Shown here in pieces: positions 1 through 9,300 of a stretch of DNA of 64,000 bases. The stretch lies in assembly GCA_020725925.1 (NCBI GenBank), contig DYTN01000003.1, forward strand, positions 18,591-82,590, read 5' to 3'. Each line of letters begins with the position of its first letter. Position 1 is the first letter of the stretch. The DNA comes from Methanobacteriota archaeon (GTDB lineage Archaea > Thermoplasmatota > Thermoplasmata > UBA10834). A program made the position numbers and the translations under genes. The notes below the pieces were generated by a model that did not search any database, had not been told where the DNA came from, and saw nothing but the letters and a program-made list of their open reading frames with translations.

Positions 1-483
1 CTCGAACTCCTTGGCGAGGGCCTCCATCATGAGGTCGCCTGAGCATATCGAGAAACCCATCGCCTCGTCGGGTACGACATCGCCGAAGGACACTGGTGAG
101 AGCCCCAGTTGGGTCATGTTCCTGAAAGCGTCCGGGTTGAACGATGCGACCGCGCCTCCTCTGAAAGTCGCGGCCGCTGCAGGTGGAATCGAGACTGCCC
201 TGATGCCGCTGTCGATGAGCGCCTCCAAGACCTTCAGGTTGAGCTCGCGCACGTCCCGCTGGACCGCCGCGACGTGGCCTAGCTGCGACTTCCTCTTGAA
301 GCCCTTGTGAAGCCCGTGCTCCTTTGCCCTTATGTGCCCGAACGAGCCTGCCCCATGGACTATCGTCAGCGAATCACGTGCCCGCCACAGCTCCTTCGCG
401 AGCCTCTCGCAGGTCAGCTTCCGAAATGAACGAAGCTTCCCCTTGTCCGTAATGACGCTCCCGCCCAGCTTGACGAGGATCAT
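1..483 (-). CDS. ipk: Isopentenyl phosphate kinase (amino-acid kinase fold), 5'-complete but truncated by the window start. Translation is MILVKLGGSVITDK...HGAGSFGH...ICSGDLM.
   Basis: Manual reverse translation from about nt 483 downward gives the IPK motifs (KLGGS-ITDK, HG[AG]GSFGH, SGD). The ORF is open to position 1, so it is absent from the ORF track. Confidence 0.72.
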   Translation of the reverse strand, partial: MILVKLGGSVITDKGKLRSFRKLTCERLAKELWRARDSLTIVHGAGSFGHIRAKEHGLHKGFKRKSQLGHVAAVQRDVRELNLKVLEALIDSGIRAVSIPPAAAATFRGGAVASFNPDAFRNMTQLGLSPVSFGDVVPDEAMGFSICSGDLMMEALAKEFE

Positions 484-648
484 GCGGCACCAGCCTTCCC
501 CTGAGTCACAGCCGGACCGATAGCCGTCGCATCTGATAAATCCTCTTCGATGAAGAAACGCCACAGGACCGAGCGCAGTAGTCAGTGTAGGGCTGCCCCT
601 GGGGGCGGAACCCTGAGCCCGGATTGACCACCGATTCCCGTTTAGGAT

Positions 649-933
649 TCACTTCGAAAGATAGATTTCGATCGAAGAGACGTTCGCGTTTCCGCCGTCG
701 TGACCAGGCAAGGACTCAGTCGCAATCTTGACGTCCCTGTACGCCAGGCCCTGGACGAACCTGTTCCTCACAATCTCCGCGACGTCCACAGCCCTGCTTA
801 TGGCCCTTCCTCGCGCCTTGATGCACACGTTGTCGCTGCCAGCGTTTATCTGAGAGACGACCGCGAGGACGTAGTTCATTGTTGCCTTTTTGCCAATGTA
901 GACGGTGCTCTCTTCAGCCATCGTTTCCTCCAA
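649..933 (-). CDS. albA: Alba chromatin/RNA-binding protein
   Basis: 94 aa. The run [18 protein letters not shown]...[22 protein letters not shown]...SSIEIYLSK matches the Alba/Sso10b family end to end. Confidence 0.9.
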   Translation of the reverse strand: MEETMAEESTVYIGKKATMNYVLAVVSQINAGSDNVCIKARGRAISRAVDVAEIVRNRFVQGLAYRDVKIATESLPGHDGGNANVSSIEIYLSK

Positions 934-969
934 AGCTCGGCTGAGGAATCCTTCTAACGTGCCTCGTGG

Positions 970-985
970 CTATTTATTAGTATTC
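970..985 (-). promoter_or_regulatory. TATA-like box (TATTTATTAGTA; reverse complement ACTAATAAATAG) about 35 bp upstream of the alba start
   Basis: AT-rich island in otherwise GC-rich intergenic DNA, at archaeal promoter spacing from the ATG at 933. Confidence 0.3.
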
Positions 986-1177
986 GTCGGCGCACGAACC
1001 ACTGGCGGTATTTCGACAGTGGGCGAATTGGCGGCGATGGCGAGGAAGAGCGCGAGGCAATAGGCAAGACGCGTGCGCGATGCGGGCAAACGCGGACCGG
1101 TTCCAGCAATCCATGACGGGAGGTTCACGACGGCCTACTAAACGTAGAAATAGACAGCAGTCATTGTCCAGCGACGG

Positions 1178-1990
1178 ATGAAGGCAATCGACAGGAAGGA
1201 GGCGAGGCTCAGGAGGATCATCGGGTCCATGGGCTCGGCCGCGGTGGCGTTCTCTGGAGGAGCAGACTCCTCACTGGTCACGAAGATCGCCCATGATGAG
1301 CTTGGGGACAAGGCCGTGGCAATCACGATAGACTCGCCGATGTATCCGGCATCCGAGCTGAGGCGCGCATCGAGCGTCGCTCGAATCATCGGGATTGAGC
1401 AGGTCGTGGTGAAGGTCGATCCGCTCTCCGAGAGCCAGTTCGCCAGCAATCCGCCCGACAGATGCTACCTGTGCAAGCTGGATGACCTCAGGCACATCAG
1501 GCGGATCGCAAACGAGCGTGGCCTGAAGGAGGTCCTGGACGGCTCGAACGCTGACGATAAGCTGGACTACCGCCCGGGCAGGAGAGCCAAGGAGGAGATG
1601 GCGGTGAGGAGCCCGCTGGCGGAGGCGGGCATCACGAAGCAAGATGTGAGGTCCATCTCTAGGGCACTGGGGCTGCCGACTGCCGGGAAGCGCTCGAGCC
1701 CGTGCCTGGCGTCGAGGATACCGTATGGTGAGGCCATCACGAGGGAGAAGCTCGCGATGGTCGAGGAGGCAGAGGAGTACCTGATGGCCAAGGGTTTCGA
1801 GACGGTGAGGGTGAGGGTGCACGGGAACATCGCCAGAGTCGAGGTCGACCCCAAGGACATCCCGAGACTGTCGTCTCCGGGAACGAGGATAGCTGTCTCG
1901 AGGAAGCTGAGGTCCCTGGGATTCGCCTATGTCGCTTTGGACCTCGAAGGGTACAGGATGGGCAGCCTGAACGAGGTGCTCAGGCCATGA
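1178..1990 (+). CDS. larE: LarE-family PP-loop ATP pyrophosphatase (ATP-dependent sacrificial sulfur transferase, TIGR00268-like)
   Basis: VAFSGGADSSLV PP-loop, DYRPG, VRVRVHGNIARVEV and LGFAYVALDLEGYR blocks, and a conserved Cys in SSPCLASRIP. Its stop overlaps the larB start (ATGA). Confidence 0.78.
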   Translation: MKAIDRKEARLRRIIGSMGSAAVAFSGGADSSLVTKIAHDELGDKAVAITIDSPMYPASELRRASSVARIIGIEQVVVKVDPLSESQFASNPPDRCYLCKLDDLRHIRRIANERGLKEVLDGSNADDKLDYRPGRRAKEEMAVRSPLAEAGITKQDVRSISRALGLPTAGKRSSPCLASRIPYGEAITREKLAMVEEAEEYLMAKGFETVRVRVHGNIARVEVDPKDIPRLSSPGTRIAVSRKLRSLGFAYVALDLEGYRMGSLNEVLRP

Positions 1991-2748
1991 ACCCGAGGAA
2001 GATCGAGAAGATACTGAGGCGGCTCAGCAAGGGCGATTGCACGGTCGCAGAGGCACTGGAGCTGCTGAGGACCCTGCCCTACGACGACCTCGAGTTCGCC
2101 AAGCTCGACCAGCACAGGGAGCTCAGGAAGGGCATCCCCGAGGCCGTCTACACGCCTGGAAAGACCACGAACCAGATCCTCGGCATCGCATCGCGCACAC
2201 TCGAGAGAGGCGACGAGGCGGTCTTCACGAGGATGAGCAAGGACCTGTTCGACAGGCTGAGAAACAAGTTCGGGGCCAAAGTGAGATGGTATCCCGAGGC
2301 GCGGATCGCAACCGTCGGACTTGCCAAGAGGCCGAACATCGGCAGGGTGCTGGTCGTCACCGCGGGCACATCGGACATACCGGTCGCCGAGGAGGCCGCG
2401 GTGACGGCTGAGCTCCTGGGGTGCAGGGTCGACCGCCTGTACGATGTGGGTGTTGCGGGCATCCACAGACTGACGGCGAACATCAGGCAGTTCGACGCGG
2501 CAGATGTCATCATCGTGCTCGCGGGCATGGAGGGCGCGCTCCCCAGCGTCGTCGCAGGCATGACCAGCAAGCCGGTGATAGCCGTCCCCACGAGCGTCGG
2601 ATACGGCGCGAGCTTCGACGGCATCGCCGCCCTCCTTGGCATGCTCTCGAGCTGCTCGAGCGGGATCGGGGTGGTCAACATAGACAACGGGTTCGGGGCA
2701 GGGGCGCTCGCAACCGTGATCGTGAAGAGCACTCGCCGGCGCGCCTAG
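1987..2748 (+). CDS. larB: LarB, pyridinium-3,5-biscarboxylic acid mononucleotide synthase (PurE-like)
   Basis: C-terminal PurE-like core (VLVVTAGTSDIPVAEEAA...GVAGIHRL...IIVLAGMEGALPSVVAG...VIAVPTSVGYGASFDG) with a LarB-type N-terminal extension. Translationally coupled to larE. Confidence 0.82.
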   Translation: MNPRKIEKILRRLSKGDCTVAEALELLRTLPYDDLEFAKLDQHRELRKGIPEAVYTPGKTTNQILGIASRTLERGDEAVFTRMSKDLFDRLRNKFGAKVRWYPEARIATVGLAKRPNIGRVLVVTAGTSDIPVAEEAAVTAELLGCRVDRLYDVGVAGIHRLTANIRQFDAADVIIVLAGMEGALPSVVAGMTSKPVIAVPTSVGYGASFDGIAALLGMLSSCSSGIGVVNIDNGFGAGALATVIVKSTRRRA

Positions 2749-3647
2749 TCCATCTTGTTCCCGCACTTCCTGCAGAAGACATCGCTGGGCTTTGCCTTGG
2801 TGCCACAGTTGCTGCAGACCTTCTCGAGCTGGACCTTCCCGCCGCACTTCCCGCAGAAGACATCGCCGGCCTCCAGGGGCGTTCCGCAGACTTTGCATGC
2901 GCGCTCAGGCGCGTGCATGTCGAACACCTGTGGCTCTGTCGGCTTCTCCTCCGCCAGCTCCTCCTCCGCCTTGAGGGGAATCGTCTCGCTCGCAGCCTCC
3001 GCGCTGATTGCCTTTCTCGCCTTCACCGCGAGCGAGAGGGCCTTCGAATAGGAACCTGCGACGAAAGCGCTCTCAGCGTCGGTCATGAGACCCTGCGCGG
3101 TGTCGACCGCCAAGCCTCGCTCGACAGCCTTCTTGATGTCCGCTTTGGCCGTGCTGATCTCGAACTTCGCGCTCAGGTAGTTGCTGTCCTGGTCCACGGG
3201 CAGCTTGGTGCCCTTGTAGGAGTCAGGCATCGCGACGGTCTGCTTGGCCGCAAGGAGACGCTCGGCGAACTCCTCGATGTCCTCCTTCTCCCTCTCCACT
3301 TTGGGCTTCGGCTGAGCGGCCTCTGCCTTCTGGGGCGGGCTGGTGAGCTCGTCCCTTGCCTGCTCGCACAGGTCCATGCACTTGTCGAAGTCACCCCTGT
3401 CCATCGCCCTCTTGGCCGACGACACCAGGGCCTGCGCGCTGCTGACATCAGCGCCCTTGCGCTGCATCACGTTCATGACGGAGCGAGTGGTAAGCATGGC
3501 GTTGTACGCCTCGTCCCTCTTCTGTGCCGCTCGCCTGACCTCCTTTGTCTTCCCCCTCATGTACCTGAGCTCGAAGAACACCACGAAGGCCATCGCCGCC
3601 GCGAGGACCGCCACGAGAATCAGCTTGTCCGTATCCGAGAGGGCCAA
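2745..3647 (-). CDS. Membrane-anchored coiled-coil protein with two tandem C-terminal zinc ribbons (hypothetical)
   Basis: N-terminal TM helix (LILVAVLAAAMAFVVFF), a charged/alpha-helical middle region, and two repeats of CxxC-x9-12-CxxC (CKVCG...CGKCGG and CSNCG...CRKCGN). The DNA shows a direct duplication of roughly 50 bp encoding the ribbons (2760-2880). Confidence 0.55.
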   Translation of the reverse strand: MALSDTDKLILVAVLAAAMAFVVFFELRYMRGKTKEVRRAAQKRDEAYNAMLTTRSVMNVMQRKGADVSSAQALVSSAKRAMDRGDFDKCMDLCEQARDELTSPPQKAEAAQPKPKVEREKEDIEEFAERLLAAKQTVAMPDSYKGTKLPVDQDSNYLSAKFEISTAKADIKKAVERGLAVDTAQGLMTDAESAFVAGSYSKALSLAVKARKAISAEAASETIPLKAEEELAEEKPTEPQVFDMHAPERACKVCGTPLEAGDVFCGKCGGKVQLEKVCSNCGTKAKPSDVFCRKCGNKMD

Positions 3648-3834
3648 CTGTGCCAGCTCCGGGACGAAGCACCTACGTGTGCTGATATAAACCCTTCGCG
3701 GTTGGTACCAGGCACCGGCTTGGCCTGGAGTGGAGAACAGTCGAAGAGTGGCTGACAGCTTACCAAGCCCGTAACGGTTTCAAGCGATACGGTTCACCCT
3801 GTACCCGAAGGTACCTGGCTAGCGTATCTAGCCG

Positions 3835-3970
3835 CTACGGCCAAGAGGCTCCGAAGAGCCTTGGGCTTCCCGAGGGCTCGCGCACCTCAGTACCGCGAAG
3901 AACGTAGGCGGGCTTAACTTCTGGGTTCGGAATGAGACCAGGTGTGGCCCCGCCACTTTGGCCGTCAGAC
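3835..3970 (-). rRNA. 5S ribosomal RNA, stand-alone and not linked to a 16S/23S operon
   Basis: The minus-strand sequence GGCGGGGCCACACCTGGTCTCATTCCGAACCCAGAAGTTAAGCCCGCCTACG...GGTACTGAGGTGCGCGAGCCCTCGGGAA matches the universal 5S loop B/C/helix III-IV consensus (CCACCUGAxCCCAUxCCGAACUCAGAAGUxAAxC...GUACUGxxGUGCGxGAGCCUCUGGGAA). Helix I is GACGGCCAAAG / CTCTTGGCCGT. Ends are ±5 nt. Confidence 0.75.
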
Positions 3971-4000
3971 CGCTCTTCGATGCGACTAATAGCGAGGTCG

Positions 4001-4008
4001 TATTTAAG
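4001..4008 (-). promoter_or_regulatory. TATA box (minus-strand CTTAAATA) about 27 bp upstream of the predicted 5S rRNA 5' end
   Basis: Only AT-rich octamer in the flank, at canonical archaeal TATA-to-TSS spacing. Confidence 0.4.
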
Positions 4009-4126
4009 GGTTGTCGACTGGCGCCGCCGGAGCGACCCGGCTCTGCCAGCTGCACGTGCCCAACAGCTTCAGGATGTAGATTGGAGGTTTTGAATAGTAC
4101 CCCGCGCCTAGGCCGGTCCGCATACC

Positions 4127-4864
4127 ATGAGGAAGATCGCCGCTGTGATATTCGACCTCTGGGACACGCTCATCCAAGAGCGCCCGGGCGGGAACGAGAA
4201 GGTCGCGAGGCTGAGGATCGAGAGGATTGCCGACATCCTCACAAAGAGAGGCGCTGTGCACTCGCCGGAGGAAATCCGCCTCGCCTACAACAGAACCGGG
4301 GAATTCCTGGAGCTCGCATGGAGCAAGCGCAGGGACATGCCCGTCAGGGACCAGGTCCTATTCATGCTCAACTGCGTCGATGGGAAGCTCTCTCGGAGGA
4401 TCGGCAGGGAGGGCTTCGGGGAGGTGCAGAAGGTCTACGAGGAGAGCCTCCTGGACAACCCGCCGTTGCTGCTTCCGGGTGCGAAGGAGGCCCTAGGGGC
4501 GGTGAGGTCGAGGGGGTACAAGATGGGCCTGATCTCCAACACCGGCAGGACCCCAGGGAGGGTTCTGAGGGTCGTCATGGACCGCATGGACATATCGGAG
4601 TGCTTCAACGCGATGACCTTCTCCGACGAGATCCTCGTCCGCAAGCCTGCGGAGAAGGCCTTCAGGACGACCCTGGACAGGCTCAAGATTCTGCCGAAGG
4701 CGGCGGTGCACGTGGGGGACGACGCGGATAAGGACGTCCTGGGAGCGCGCAAGGCGGGCATGCGGACGATCCAGGTGCTCGCAAACGGCGAGGAGCGCTC
4801 TGAGGTCGCGGACTTCGTGGTGGGGTCCCTCGCCGAGGTGCCTGATAGGCTCGACGCGCTCTAG
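4127..4864 (+). CDS. HAD-superfamily hydrolase
   Basis: N-terminal IFDLWDTLI (HAD motif I variant), GLISNTG (motif II region), HVGDDADKDVLGARKAGM (motif IV). Confidence 0.75.
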   Translation: MRKIAAVIFDLWDTLIQERPGGNEKVARLRIERIADILTKRGAVHSPEEIRLAYNRTGEFLELAWSKRRDMPVRDQVLFMLNCVDGKLSRRIGREGFGEVQKVYEESLLDNPPLLLPGAKEALGAVRSRGYKMGLISNTGRTPGRVLRVVMDRMDISECFNAMTFSDEILVRKPAEKAFRTTLDRLKILPKAAVHVGDDADKDVLGARKAGMRTIQVLANGEERSEVADFVVGSLAEVPDRLDAL

Positions 4865-4900
4865 AAGCCTTTTTCACTCCGCTGTGCCTTTGAGCTTGCC

Positions 4901-5617
4901 ATGTCAGGCGAGGACCTGTTCGGCCAGGCGTTCATGGATTTCCATAAGGGCAGAAGGTTCAAACTCAGGCTGGAGAGGGACGACGGCTACGTCGACGAGC
5001 AGGACCTGAGCCTGTACTTCAAGGACTTCGACGAGTTCCCAGACGTCGAGAGGAAGGCACTGAGGCACGCGAGGGGGAGAGTGCTGGACATCGGCGTCGG
5101 GGCGGGCAGGGTGGCGTTGCACCTCCAGAGGCAGGGGATGAGGGTCCTGGGGATCGATATCTCCGACAAGGCGCTCGAAGTCAGCAGACGAAGAGGGGTG
5201 CGCGAACTCGCCAAGATGTCAGCGTGCGACCTCAGGCTCCGGAGGGACAGCTTCGACACTGCGCTGGCGTTCTGCAACAACTTCGGTCTGTGCGGAAACA
5301 TGGATGGCGTCAGGGAGATGATGGAAAGGCTGCACAGGATCATCAGGGATGACGGCGTGTTCCTGGCGGAGTCGATCCACCCGACAAGGACTGACAACCC
5401 GAGGCATCTCAGCTATCACAGGCTCAATATCGAACGGGGCCGGCCACCGGGCCAGGCCACGCTGAGGGAGCTCTACCGAGGGAAGCGAGGCGAATGGTGG
5501 GATCTGCTGATGGTCACGCCCCTGGAGATGCGGCGGCTATGCACGAGCACCGGCTGGAGCATCGATAGGACCTACAGAGGCACCCCGGCGTACGTGTACG
5601 TCCTCAGGAAAGACTAG
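4901..5617 (+). CDS. Class I SAM-dependent methyltransferase
   Basis: VLDIGVGAGRVALHL (motif I, GxGxG) and downstream acidic motif II/III spacing. Substrate is unknown. Confidence 0.7.
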   Translation: MSGEDLFGQAFMDFHKGRRFKLRLERDDGYVDEQDLSLYFKDFDEFPDVERKALRHARGRVLDIGVGAGRVALHLQRQGMRVLGIDISDKALEVSRRRGVRELAKMSACDLRLRRDSFDTALAFCNNFGLCGNMDGVREMMERLHRIIRDDGVFLAESIHPTRTDNPRHLSYHRLNIERGRPPGQATLRELYRGKRGEWWDLLMVTPLEMRRLCTSTGWSIDRTYRGTPAYVYVLRKD

Positions 5618-6387
5618 AGCAGCGCTATCAGGAGAGCGAGCAAGGTCGCGAGACCGATGGACAGGAAGTTGTTCCCGAGCTTGCCTATCCTGCCCGCACG
5701 CTCCCAGGTCGCGCCGATGACGCTGTCTACCTGACACCCCAGGAAGCCGCATAGCATCGGCACGAAGAGCGTGGCCGGGCCTGCAAGCAACGACTCGTCG
5801 AAGAACGCAAAGACCACGTACGCTATTGCCGACGTGTAGGCGGCCGCGATGAACGCCGCAAGCTGGCCCGTGAGCGAGACGCCTCCGTCGACACCGCGCT
5901 TCACGCGCTCGAAGGTGGTGACCATATAGACCCTCGGGTCCACTATGCCTATCTCGCTCGCTGCCGTGTCCGCGGCGGCGACGGCTATGGCCGAAACGAA
6001 CAAGTAGCTCGCGATGTCCTTCGCGAACATGCCGTCTGCCGGAGCCGTCCACTCCGCCACGAAGCTCGCGAAAGCAATCAGAGTCGGGATGGCGCCGTTG
6101 GCCGCCACATTCCTCCAAGTGCGCTCGCCCTTGGCCCCCTCCTGGAACCCCTCGGACCTCTTCCACTCGAACCTGTATTTGGTGGCGCCAAAGCTCGTCA
6201 CGAGGAACACTAGGAGCAGCACGAGCCAGAGCACATTCCCGCAGATTCCAATGACCATGCCAACGACGAAGGCGCAGGAGGCACCTGACCAGTCGAATAT
6301 CCTCCGGGAGTAGGACGCGATGGCCATGGCGAGACAGAACACGGTCACGCCTACGATGGTGAGCGGGTCGGGGAGCGGCAACACCAA
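5614..6387 (-). CDS. DUF92/TMEM19-family integral membrane protein
   Basis: Multi-TM protein with TKYRFEWKRSEG...GERTWRNVAANG, which matches the conserved DUF92 block. Confidence 0.65.
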   Translation of the reverse strand: MVLPLPDPLTIVGVTVFCLAMAIASYSRRIFDWSGASCAFVVGMVIGICGNVLWLVLLLVFLVTSFGATKYRFEWKRSEGFQEGAKGERTWRNVAANGAIPTLIAFASFVAEWTAPADGMFAKDIASYLFVSAIAVAAADTAASEIGIVDPRVYMVTTFERVKRGVDGGVSLTGQLAAFIAAAYTSAIAYVVFAFFDESLLAGPATLFVPMLCGFLGCQVDSVIGATWERAGRIGKLGNNFLSIGLATLLALLIALL

Positions 6388-6395
6388 TGGACCAC

Positions 6396-9300
6396 CTAGG
6401 TCTTGTTCCTCAACCGGCGGGGGAAGACGGGAGCCTTCGAGTAGACTCCCTTCACGATGTCGTTGACCCCACGGACCTTGTCGAGGTCGCCGTCCCAGTC
6501 CTTGAGCACTTGACCGAACTGTTTCTCAATCGCACTCACGGCCTTCTGCATCTTGAGCGCGACCTTTCTGGATGCCTGCCCATGGAGTATGACCGCCAGG
6601 AAGAGATGCTCCCCCTTCTCGACTAGGACGCTCTTCGGGCCGAACTCGATCTTCCTCAAGGTGAACGACGTGATGTCCTTGAACGAGTCCTTCACGAAGT
6701 CCTGGATTGCCACAAACATGCTGCCGAGAACCTGGTCGTCCATTCCCGGCTTCAACCTCCTAGTGCTGTGCGAGATCAACCTTCCATCGTTGTATATCAC
6801 GAACGTCTCGTCCACAGCTATCCTGCCCTCTCGCACGAAATAACCTGAGACGCCGAGGAACGCGAGTACGGCGATAGTCAGGAGATAAGGCCAGGCGACG
6901 GTCAGGAAGTGCAACTCCACCGCCGATGTGTACAGCGGAGTCTGGACGGAATTGCCAGCAAGATCCGAGACGAAGGCGTAGAAAGAGATGTTGCCCTCCC
7001 TGACCGGGAGGTCCAGTACGCGGTAGAAGGTCCCACCGTCGTATCTGCCAACGGTGAAGGCCGAGAACGCAGTCTCACCCTGGAATCTGACGTAGAGCAC
7101 GATGCCACTCGCCTCGACGTTCTGGTCATGGACTCTGACTGTGATGTTCACTCTGCTCCCGCCGAAAAGAGAGGGCTGCGAGGTGTACACGAAGGCACTG
7201 GGAGCGACATCGTCAATCGTTATGCGGGTCTCAAGCCTAGACACGGTCCCCGCTTGATCGCCTGCCACCACGAGTACTGAATGCGGCCCCTCGATCCACC
7301 CACTGGTGTTGAGCTGGTACATGTCGCCGAAATGCATGGGGCCGCCGCCGTCAATATGGTAGACGACGTCTAGCAGAGCTGCCGAGTAGGGAGTGATGAG
7401 GAACACTATGGGGGTTCCGCTGCGAATGACATAGTCCGGCCAGGGACTGAGAATCTGGATGGCGGGAGGTCTGTTCCCGATGATTGCGCTCAGGAGAAAC
7501 GAGTACCCATCATCATCGGTCACGGTGATGTTGAGATGATAGTCACTTCCGAGGGCGTAGGAATGCTTCACTGGAGCTTGCAGGTCATTGATGACTGTTA
7601 GCATCGCACCATCGCCGAAATCATAGACCACTCGCACGACATCCGGGTACCGGACAAGAAGGGGCCCCAGGCCAAAGGTCACATTGCTCGTGTTTGAGAA
7701 GTCTCTTGGGGACTCCACGAGTCCGAAGAATTCTCCCCGAAATGGCTTGTGCCTGATCTCGATAGAGACCTGTTGTGTCGTGACAGAACCGTCGGAGTCG
7801 GTAACCCTGACCTTTGCTGTGTAGTTACCCACTTGAGTGTACGAACAAGTGGACGTGTTGGCGGTCGTTATTGCGTCGGCCTCGAACTCCGCTCCTGGGG
7901 CAACGAAATCCCATTCGTACATCACGGCGGGATCCAAACCCGTTACATCAGCGACGAAGACAACGTCATAGAATTCCTCGTAGTATCCATCCCAACTCTC
8001 CACCGGGACCGTGCTGAGGTCTACGAATGGAGGTATCTCCGTCACATGAAAGCCCAATGTGTAGGAACTCGTGTTGCCATCGAACTCCCTCACGATGAGG
8101 GTCACGCTGTAGTCTCCGTCCTGAAGGTTGGCGAAGCTCATCGCGGCCATCTCAGTGTCGGTAACGTAGAAAGACGAAGAATGGCCATCTGGATATGTCA
8201 GCGTCCAGTTCCAATCCACTATGCCGTCGAACGAATCTGTCGTGCTGATGAACCTGAAAGGCACCCCCTCTTGAGGGTCCGTTGCGTTGAGGACAAGCCC
8301 TGCTATCGGACCAACATCGAAGATGGCCAAGTCCCAAGTCGCGATCGCCGACATCCCGTCGATGTCGGTCACTCTTGAGGCAATCCTGTAGTACTCAGGA
8401 TAGGACTCCGCGCTGAAGACATGGGTAGTAGTATTGCTGTTCGGAGCATATGGATCAGGCACGAAGATCCCAGGAACATATGAATAGTCCCACTCATAGC
8501 TGACTATCGTGTCGACGGGCACACCGTGCCATTCATCGACAAATGCAACGAACGTCACGGGCGATCCCTCGAGTGCGCTTGGAGGGGCATCTATCCTAAC
8601 GTCTGGGGCCTGAGACTGCACGTAGATGAAGTATGTCTTGTTCCCGATGGATCCATCGGTGTCAGTGACCTCCAATGTCACCTCATGGGTTCCGTCCTGG
8701 AACTCGAGTGTCAGGTTGGATTCATCTCCGGTGTAGACTCCGTCGACAATCCACCTTCTGGAGGATACCGGATCGTAGGAGGAGGTCGTGTCCAAGAAGC
8801 TGACCAGCTGTCCTTCGCTCGGATTCTCTGGAGTCCATGAGAAACTGACAAGCGGAACGCTGTCAAGTACAGTGACGTTTGCCTGGTCGAAAGCGGGTTC
8901 GCCTCCCGGGTCAACCGCAATCACGGATATTGTGTAGTTGCGCACGTCCGCGTACGTGTGTGTCGGGGTCACATCCTTGATCCAGCCGCTCACATTGCCA
9001 TCGCCGAAATCCCAGAAGTACTCCATATAGGGAATCTCGGAAGTGCCGGTCTTCACAGTCCCGTTAATCTGGAGCTCGGAACCCTGCCTGGTGACGTAGG
9101 GGCCGCCTGCATCGACCTCGGGTGGCCTATTGATCTGCTCCCATGCCGACACGGACCGCGACCCAGCCTCCAGCACAAGCAGGTCGCCCCTGTTGTCGTG
9201 AGTAGCATCGCCTATTCTAGCGTACACTGGCTCTGCGCCTGTGACAAACGCTGCGGACGGCGTCGCGGGCAGGCCCACCCCAGCTTGGCGATAGAGGAAC

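Noticed and set aside
1927-3755. Long ORFs 1927-2898(-) 323 aa, 2421-3755(+) 444 aa, 2148-2732(-)
   Set aside because: They are antisense or out of frame relative to larB and the zinc-ribbon gene. Their products are low-complexity and Arg/Gly/Pro-rich, typical of spurious ORFs in high-GC DNA, and show no motifs.
3828-4731. ORFs 3828-4055(-) and 3958-4731(+) across the 5S region
   Set aside because: They overlap the 5S rRNA gene and its promoter, the 257-aa plus-strand ORF is out of frame with the HAD hydrolase gene downstream, and they have no protein signatures.
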